Source: Eledone cirrhosa | Taxonomy: Eukaryota | DNA length: 64,000 bases | Assembly (NCBI GenBank): GCA_964016885.1 | Contig: OZ024743.1 | Location: 35,092,001-35,156,000, forward strand | Direction of reading: 5' to 3' | In this document: positions 42,432 through 50,926 of the stretch, in pieces | Layout of the letters: each line of letters opens with the position of its first letter | Position numbering within the stretch: position 1 is the stretch's first letter | The notes under the pieces: model-generated | Databases searched by the model: none | Told to the model about the DNA's origin: nothing | The model's input: only the letters and a program-made list of their open reading frames with translations | Made by a program: the position numbers and the translations under genes

Positions 42432-42651
42432 TCCTTTCACATTCAAACTGGCCATATCCGGCCAGGATTCTCTCACCTCATTCTGTTCAAACCTGCTGTA
42501 ACCAGCCACTCATACTTATATTAAAGTATTGTTCTTGACATATATAATATCAAAATCTCATAGATTCGATATTATGTGCGATATTATGTGAGGTAAAGCC
42601 TTTACTGTGAAAATACAATAGTATATATAGAGTAATGTAAATGCTAAAGGG
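42432..42651. mobile_element. piggyBac-like MITE family 2 (paralogue 63086-63304, partial ~39720-39844)
   Basis: TTAA on both sides (42428-42431, 42652-42655); ends tcctttcacatt and aatgctaaaggg. Confidence 0.75.
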
Positions 42652-43154
42652 TTAAGGGCATAACAACATCTTTAGTGTTGATGAGCTACATGATAAATAC
42701 ACCCAGTACACTCTGTATAGGGGTTGATGGTAGTAAGGGCATCCAACCATAGAGAAACCTACTCTTTTTTCTCTCTCTCTCCCTCTCTCTCTTGAGTGTG
42801 CCAACATCAACAATTATAATGACAACAGTAAGGATGGTAATGATAATGATGATGGTAATGATGGTGATAATGATGATGTCATCAGTGAAGGTGAGGTGAA
42901 TAAGAGCAGCAGAAAGATGAAGAGGAACATCCCATCGTGGGGCTGGTAGTAATTGGAGATTTGTCATCAAAAGCTGTTATGCAGCATTACTAATTAACTA
43001 AACAGTACAGCATATTGTCAGATCCTTTCTATACTGCCAACCCTCCCACCCTGAAACTCATGTAACTTAGGCCCCATTACCCCATTCTCCTCTCCTCTAC
43101 ATGCAATAACACTTCATGAAACAACATGAAAAACAAAACCAGATTATCCAGATT

Positions 43155-43162
43155 ATGTATGT

Positions 43163-43227
<65 letters not shown>

Positions 43228-43420
43228 TAAATATATATATAAATATATATATATATAAGCACACACATATATACATAAATATACTTATACATAGACATAT
43301 ATATACATACACACGTACATACAGTTACACTTGTATGTATATATATATATATATATATGTATATGTGTATATATATATATATATACATATATACATATAT
43401 ATATATATCATCATATATGA
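43155..43420. repeat. (TA)n-rich microsatellite
   Basis: Seen directly; source of the spurious YIYI ORFs. Confidence 0.95.
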
Positions 43421-43878
43421 TGTGTATTTATGAGTAAAAAACGTACATGTACAATGTTTATCAAATCCCAAATCTTATCTTGGTATCTCTGTGGTTGAAT
43501 AACAATATCTTATTAACTGTCCCACAACTCTGTGTGTGTGTGTGTATTTGTGTGTGTGTGTGTGTTTGCATGTGTGTGTGTGTGTGGATTTAAACCTTTA
43601 AAGTGAGATGTATGTATGTCACTGTTAAGTGCTTGTATGCATGTAAGAAGCCTAAACAACCCAAATGAAAGTCAATTTAATTTACTAACAGTTCCACTGG
43701 CATCTATTGGCAGTTTACAAGAGTTTATATTATAGTAACTGTACAGCCTTTTTATCTGACTACATGAATGCTATACTCTGTCAAAAACATTCTAACATTC
43801 TATGTAGAATTCATGGAACACAAATGTGAAACAAAAAGGGTTATGGATGTTCTAAAATGCTTCATTCATACCTGAAAT

Positions 43879-43985
<107 letters not shown>

Positions 43986-44004
43986 CCTATACATATACAT
44001 ATAT

Positions 44005-44352
44005 AGGCACATGGCTTAGTGGTTAGAGCATTGGCCTTGCAATCGAAAGGTTGTGAGTTCAATTCTCAGACCGGGCGATGTGTTGTTTCCTTGAGCAAGA
44101 CACTTTATTTCACATTGCTCCAGTTTACTCAGCTGTAGAAATGAGATGATAGGGACTGGGGTCCATATCATTCCACTGCAAAGTGGTCGTGCAGGTGCCA
44201 CGGCAAAAAAGCACCCAGCACTCACTGTAAATGAGGTTGGTGTTAGGAAGGGCATCCAGCTGTAGAAATCAAGCCAAAATCAGTTCCCGTCCCACCCTTG
44301 CAAGCAGAGAAAAAGCGGACGTAAAATGAAATGATGATGAAATGATGATGAT
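44005..44352 (+). mobile_element. Young CORE-type tRNA SINE (family A) with RTE-derived 3' tail
   Basis: A-box tggcttagtggttagagc, B-box gagttcaattct, CORE-like tccttgagcaagacact, tail ggttggtgttaggaagggcatcc...ggacgtaaaatga(tga)n shared with the RTE 3'UTR. Confidence 0.9.
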
Positions 44353-44505
44353 ACATATATGGACGTTAAACAATGATGGTAATGATACATATATAAGATA
44401 AGAGTAAAACTTCAGGTAGAGAGATATGCCAACAAAATTTCAAGCTCAATGTAGTTCGACAATCAGCAAAGAGAAAAAACCATTCATCTGAGGTATAATC
44501 TATAG

Positions 44506-44704
44506 CAGGCATGTCAAACTGAGTGTCTGCCGAGAGCCACATGGGTCACATATGTGTTGTCTGAGGGCCACACACGATAATTAATTGCGCACATTACAAC
44601 TAATTTTTAATTTCAAATTACAAAGATAAAACATGCTCGCACTGTAAAAACCTTTGTGCAGGCCGCAGGTGTGCTTGTAAAGGGCTGCATGTTTGACATA
44701 CTTG
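44506..44704. mobile_element. hAT (Charlie-like) MITE
   Basis: TIRs caggcatgtcaaac and gtttgacatacttg; 8-bp TSD atctatag/atctatac. Confidence 0.85.
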
Positions 44705-46031
44705 ATCTATACGGTATATGGAATTAAACTTTGAGAAAACAAATCCGATGTGTTTTATGAATTCAGATGTACAGAGTACTTAACTAATAATTATTACGTT
44801 TTTATTTGCCACAATGGATAGAAAAATGTGATGGAAAAAATTCAGACATTCTATCTGTCATACATATGACTCAACAAGAAAAAGATAAAAAAGGAAAATG
44901 TCAAAAAACTTGCTCAAGTTCTGTTATTATATAAAAGAATCTGAGCTATATAAAAGAATCTGAACTATACTGACGTAAACACATTGAGCTTTAAACTGCT
45001 ATTACTCAATAAATAAATTCAATGAACCTTGGTTCAGAACATCAACAGTTCATATTTAAAAGATATATTTAGAGAGAGAGAGCCATATATCGTTTGAGAA
45101 ACACATAGTATTTTGTACACATATATGATGCAAATAATATTCAGGAAAAAAACATACTTTGAGATGGAAAAGTTATATCTTCCTTACAGTACTGTTTCAG
45201 GGTTCAAAAAACCAATGCAAATCAATCTGAGTAATCAATTGTCGATTACCAACTATAGATTTTGGTAAAGCAAACAGAAGACAAGGAATTATTTATCAGA
45301 GGAAATTGTCTTTACATATGTCCCACACTGTAAAAAAATACTTTTATATCTGTCGAGAGGAGAGAATCTGTCTAGGCTTCCAATCTACATTTTGTCAAAA
45401 AAAAAGGTTTAATGACGAGAGATGTAAATAGAACTGAACGATGTATCAGCTAAAAAGAGCAGCGAAATATCAGTCACAGTTGAAGCAACTTAACAAATTA
45501 ATAAATTTGGAATTGTTATATACTATGTACATATATATGTATAATGCTATGTTGGCGCACCTATACTAAATTTTCATATATTATATATCGATCTCTTTTG
45601 ATATTTATGCTCCTAGCTTGGTTGAGTAGTTTTTTTGTGAGAGAGTGTGTATGTGCTATTTCTAGTGTACCATGTACCAGTTTCATTCTATCGAATGTTG
45701 TAATTTTATTTTTATTCTACATGTGGCCTGAGCAATGGCTGACCTCCTGTTCTTTGGGAACTAATATTTTTCTAGAATTTCAAGATGTCTACTGATGATT
45801 GCTAGCTCTTGGCTTCACTATTTGCTGATAATCAACGGTAAATGTTGATGGTTTCTGCGGTAGGAAATGGTACTGTATAAGTCTTATAAAACTTAGTGGC
45901 TCTGTAAGTATAATACTATATTGTTCTCTGCAAAATATTACATATGTGGTTTCCTATGATATCAGCAGTGTGCAACCACCCTGAGATCTTGGATTTATTT
46001 CTTCTCTTTTCTCATTGAATGATCATAAAGC

Positions 46032-46032
<1 letters not shown>

Positions 46033-46076
<44 letters not shown>

Positions 46077-46693
46077 TATCGTTTAACGGTTTTCTTCCAT
46101 GCTAGCATGGGTTTAGACGGGAGTTGTCCTACTTGAAGCAAGAATGGTCGGGTCACCATGTCTCGCTCGTATAGGACTGTCTGGCAGGTTTTCTACGGCT
46201 GGATGCCCTTCCTAATACCAACCACGTTTACAGTGTGGACTGGGAGGTTTTTACCGTGTTACTTACACGGCCAGATTACAGCGTGGGCTGTGTGTTTTTT
46301 TTGTCGTGACACCTACATGACCTCATTTATTTTGGACTGGATGTTGTGGTACCAACATAACTTTACAGAGAAAGGGTGGTGTTGGTGGGGGTGGGGGTGG
46401 AGTAAGGGTAGTGGGATGGGGTATATATTTGGTTAAGAGGTGCCTACTGACTGTAGGTTTCGCTTTGTACATAGGCAAGGCAGGTCTTCTGTATTACTGC
46501 GTAGCGCCAAAGCTCTCGGTCCAGTGACATTGTCTTAGAGAGGTGTAAGTCTTTCATGCGCATCACGTGACCATACCAACGTAGTCTTCTCTCGAGTAAA
46601 CAGCATCTGATCCCTCTTATTCCTAATTTCTCACTTAGTTCATTTATGCTCTGCCATTCGCGTATATTACTACTACACATCCACCAGAGCATG
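46033..46693 (-). mobile_element. 5'-truncated RTE LINE with an internal ~105-bp deletion
   Basis: Paralogue of 7568-8391; RMKD is joined directly to LHLSK. Confidence 0.9.
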
Positions 46694-46732
46694 GAGCCAT
46701 ATGATCGATATATATTATATATCAATCTCGTT

Positions 46733-46770
<38 letters not shown>

Positions 46771-46773
<3 letters not shown>

Positions 46774-47798
46774 AGATAGAAAAATGCGTACAGCAAAAAA
46801 AAGTAATATTGTTGGAATATAAACCTTTAAAAATACAGGACAAGAAACTAAAATAAAACTTTAAAAGAATAGGACAAGAAACTAAGATAAAACTTTAAAG
46901 AATTGGACAAGAAATAAAAAATTTTACAATAATATTAGTGGCAAAATTTTTATTGGTAAAAAATCGAGTTCCACATTCATAGGCTCTGGGTTCCATATTC
47001 AGAGGTCGTCGTCAGACCGGGGGGATCATTTGATCCTGGTTTGAACACCAATTGGGCCATAACCATACCCCTATTTCATCATTCGGCGACACGCCTCATG
47101 TGTCATGCATAATGTGAATGGACCCATGGGCCCATGAGCACAGATCTTGAGCAGCAGCGGACGGTCTTGTCGTCCTGCTCATCCTTGATCTTGACCAACC
47201 CGTCCATCTTCTCCTTGCATCTTGTCCTTGAGTTCAAGTCCGGCAGTCCAGATGAATGCATGCCACAGCTTTCTGGTACAGGAAGGGGGAGCAGGAGGAC
47301 TGGAGGGATGACGGGACAGAGGGAGGGAGGACCGGTAGTCGGTGTCAGAGTCGACATCTTCTCCATCTTCGTCTGGTGTTGCGGGACCAGAAGTGCATTC
47401 TTGGAGGAGACCTGCAGCTGCATCGGCCAATTCTTCTTGCAATGGTCATTCTGATAGAGCAGAACTGCTCAGCCAACCAACCCCAACCAGAACCAACCGC
47501 TCAGGGGCAACGCACAATGAGAGCATGACAATTATTATGCACTAATCAAGAAGATACTGGGGCATAGCACAGGAAACGAATAAAAAAATTTTGCCACTAA
47601 TATTATTGTAAAATTTTTTATTTCTTGTCCAATTATTTAAAGTTTTATCTTAGTTTCTTGTCCTATTCTTTTAAAGTTTTATCTTAGTTTCTTGTCCTAT
47701 TCTTTTAAAGTTTTATTTTAGTTTCTTGTCCTGTATTTTTAAAGGTTTATATTCCAACAATATTACTTTTTTTTGCTGTACGCATTTTTCTATCTGGT
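46771..47798. repeat. Long inverted repeats (46771-46954 and 47579-47798) with 34-bp internal subrepeats
   Basis: accagatagaaaaatgcgtacagc... versus ...gctgtacgcatttttctatctggt; the motif ggacaagaaa occurs 3 times on the left and 4 times (reverse complement) on the right. Confidence 0.95.
46955..47526 (-). pseudogene. Decayed GC-rich ORF of unknown function between the inverted repeats
   Basis: One frame runs MLSLCVAPE...QEELADAAAG...DEDGEDVDSD...IWNPEPMNVELDF with four TGA and one TAG stop, consistent with C-to-T decay of CGA/CAG codons. Confidence 0.45.
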
Positions 47799-48071
47799 CT
47801 ACTATTTTTTAAGGCAATGCAAGCAACAACTATCTAATAATTAAATGATCATAGTGAATTACTGACAAGTGATTGACATTTTAAAGTTCTTTTGAGTATA
47901 ATTGCAATCTAATTGAGGCAACTGGCTTAATAACAAAGCTAGTAAATCATGAATGCATTTGAGATGATTAGTGCATAATAGTGAATTGGTGAAACTTGTG
48001 CATTTCAATGGTGTTACAACAATAGATGTAAGTTATATAGTAGTAATACTTTATCATTTTAACTTTTTAGA

Positions 48072-48431
48072 ATGGACAAAAACCCATGCAAAGAAATGAC
48101 TTTGACTGCAGTGATTCTCTCCAATTTACTTACAAAGCAAAATGTGGTCAAATACCTTATCATCTCTGATAAAATGCCCATTGAATCACTGAAAATCGGA
48201 TGCATGGAATTCCTCATAAAATGCACCTATGAATCGGAAGCCATCACATATATCAATGGATATAGGGAATTGTTCACACTGGAATACCATCACTTCATTT
48301 GTGACTTCATCAGTTATCTCCACGATTATCTCAGACACCCAATGCCATTGATGAGAGGTGATCCAATGTGTGAGCATGTAACTAATCTTATAGAAGTTGT
48401 TATCGACCACCTGGCTTTTAGTGACATTTGA
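48072..48431 (+). CDS. Orphan 119-aa protein within the unknown element
   Basis: ATG-to-stop ORF of normal complexity; upstream gtaagt...ttttag 43-nt intron-like segment (48028-48070); downstream aataaa near 48517. Confidence 0.45.
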   Translation: MDKNPCKEMTLTAVILSNLLTKQNVVKYLIISDKMPIESLKIGCMEFLIKCTYESEAITYINGYRELFTLEYHHFICDFISYLHDYLRHPMPLMRGDPMCEHVTNLIEVVIDHLAFSDI

Positions 48432-48611
48432 CTGATTTGACTGATAATGATGTATTTTTAAAAAGTATGTGTACATTCTTGTTACTATTTTAAGGCAATG
48501 CAAGCAACAACTATTTAATAAAATTTAAATTTAAAAATGACCATTGTGCATTACTAGTATGATGACATTTTATTAAGTCACAAAATTAGTCAGTCAGCCA
48601 TAGAACAAGGA

Positions 48612-48836
48612 TCAGGTGGCAAAAACATTGGCAAAAATTTGTGTCAATTTAAGATTTCCAACATTGTTCAAATGAATCATATCTGGTTTGAAGTCAGATT
48701 TGTCAAATTTCGACCAATTTTCAATGTTGGGAAGATTGGGCAAGTTCAATTTTTGAATCATTTCTTTCATGCAGTAATTAAACTTTTCCAAACGTCGTCA
48801 TTTCTGGATTACCTCCCCTAGCGTCACGCTTACTAC
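48612..48836 (-). pseudogene. SGNH/GDSL esterase-like C-terminal remnant
   Basis: VVSVTLGEVIQK*RRLEKFNYCMKEMIQ...DFKPDMIHLNNVGNLKLTQIF; DxxHLNxxGxxKL matches SGNH block V. Confidence 0.65.
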
Positions 48837-49141
48837 TCACTCACTTGAACACAAGATTTATCAGCAAACTTTGATTATAAACTTTTTCCCGCTGGACCAA
48901 ATTTCTAGATTTTTAAGCCAAAAGATGCGTAATGATCTACTGTTCATGCTCATATAAGTTTTATCTCAGTTAAATAAAGTAGAGCCTCGCTGTACTGTCG
49001 TAAACAGACGATTGCCAACGAAAACACAACCACAACAATATTACTAAACGGACTACCGTCCGTTTAGGATATATATATATATATATATTTCATCATCATC
49101 GTTTAACATCTATCTTCCACGCTAGCATGTGTATATATATA

Positions 49142-49185
<44 letters not shown>

Positions 49186-49607
49186 TACACATACTCACAT
49201 ATATATATACAAACATCAACATGACAGTTCAGTCATAACAGAAATATGATCAACATCCTAACTACAAATTGATCTATTTATGTATACAAAAATCTAGGTG
49301 AACTCTGTTTAGCTAAAGTACATATTAAACTAACAACATCTACATCAACAAAACTAACAGAATAATCTCTTTTTGATATTTTCTTGGGGTCGTGGGTAAG
49401 AATCTAATATCAATTGTTACAAATCCTCTAATCTGTTGGTTATGTTTGTTTTAGATTTAAATTTTGATTTGAATATTTTTCTTATTACACATTATTATCC
49501 GTTTGAACACACACACACATACACACATGCACATTTACATACATAGACAGACAAACACATACATATTTACATGCAACATCCCCACACACAAGTACATATA
49601 TATATAA

Positions 49608-49738
49608 ATAGAGATATGTAAAATCCCGACTGCTTGGTACCGCGGTCAGGATTTGACATATCTCTATATCCATTCTACATCTCCCCATGTATCGAGTACT
49701 CACATGATTAGTGCCCCCTCCAACTCAGAATTGCAGCC

Positions 49739-49740
<2 letters not shown>
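49608..49740 (+). mobile_element. PLE-like remnant: inverted repeat centred on hammerhead stem III plus tail
   Basis: 26-bp arms 49608-49633 and 49642-49667; GTC at 49645-49647; tail tatccattcta...tatcgagtact homologous to the 58806-58882 tail. Confidence 0.6.
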
Positions 49741-49816
<76 letters not shown>

Positions 49817-50242
49817 ATGTAGGAGGTGAGTTTTATTGTAGCACAATAAAGCAATGCAAATATCGGATAAGTAGCACTCTACAGTTTGTAGGACTGGAGT
49901 ATAAATAATATAAGATCAAAAGATGGTTAAAAGAGTTCCAAGTATTTTATTATGCGCATTTCAAAAACAAATATCATCATGGGATGATATCTGCGTTCTC
50001 ATCAGATAAAATAGGGATACATGATATGAAGCTTAAAAAGCACTTGTGAATAGTGAAGTTTTAAATCAACATATATGTTGATTTAAAACTTCACTATTCA
50101 CAAGTGCTTTTTAAGCTTCATATCATGTATCCCTATTTTATCTGATGAGAACGCAGATATCATCCCATGATGATATTTGTTTTTGAAATGCGCATAATAA
50201 AATACTTGGAACTCTTTTAACCATCTTTTGATCTTATATTAT
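49817..50242 (-). mobile_element. PLE-like remnant: 338-bp perfect palindrome (49905-50242) plus ~88-bp tail
   Basis: 169-bp arms with no spacer, centre 50073|50074; a hammerhead in each arm; (TA)n flanks. Confidence 0.85.
50134..50204 (+). ncRNA. Type-I hammerhead ribozyme (mirror copy 49943-50013 on the minus strand)
   Basis: Stem I tattttat/ataaaata; CTGATGA 50142-50148; 16-bp stem II; GAAA 50185-50188; palindromic stem III ATGCGCAT; UH site T50195-A50196. Confidence 0.85.
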
Positions 50243-50369
50243 ATATATATGTGTGTGTGTGTGTATATATATATATATGTATGTAAAAGGTAAACAGAAA
50301 TAATAACACAATCAGTACAGTATATGGAATGAATATATTAGGTTAATGCTTGAAATAGCAGGAAGAGGG

Positions 50370-50405
50370 TCTTAACGTTTCGGATGCTAGTCCTCCATCA
50401 GAAGA
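50370..50405 (-). ncRNA. Minimal hammerhead ribozyme, variant core (PLE-like remnant ~50281-50500)
   Basis: tctt-CTGATGG-a-gga-ctagca-tcc-GAAA-CG-TT-aaga; palindromic AACGTT stem III; core A9 replaced by G. Confidence 0.65.
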
Positions 50406-50527
50406 AAGAATGAGAAATAAGATAGATTGAAGGGATGGGCGGGTTGGAATTTGAAAAAATGTCTTTAGATAAAAATAACAGGTCCTTTCATGTTGACATC
50501 TCACATGTATGTATATATATATATACT

Positions 50528-50847
50528 GGAGGCACATGGCTTAGCGGTTAGAGCATTGGCCTTGCAATCGAAAGGTTGTGAGTTCAATTCTCAGACCGGG
50601 TGATGTGTTGTTCCTTGAGCAAGACACTTTATTTCACATTGCTCCAGTTTACTCAGCTATAGAAATGAGATGATAGGACTGGGGTCCCTATCATTCCACT
50701 GCAAAGTGGTCGTGGAGGTGCCACGGCAAAAAAGCACCCAGCACTCACTGTAAATGAGGTTGGTGTTAGGAAGGGCATCCAGCTGTAGAAATCAAGCCAG
50801 AATCAGTTCCCGTCCCACCCTTGCAAGCAGGGAAAAGCAGACGTAAA

Positions 50848-50882
<35 letters not shown>
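50528..50882 (+). mobile_element. Young CORE-type SINE family A
   Basis: Near-identical to 44005-44352. Confidence 0.9.

Positions 50883-50926
<44 letters not shown>

Noticed and set aside
43077-43433. YIYIYI ORFs (also near 31.6k, 41.9k, 49.7k, 54.2k, 62k)
   Set aside because: Translations of (TA)n tracts.
44005-44075. tRNA gene
   Set aside because: A and B boxes are followed by SINE core and tail; this is a SINE head.
44410-44475. Possible hammerhead on the minus strand
   Set aside because: Core reads CTGATTG and the stems pair poorly.
46830-47735. 34-bp repeats as a CRISPR array
   Set aside because: Contiguous tandem units without unique spacers; eukaryotic context with no cas genes.
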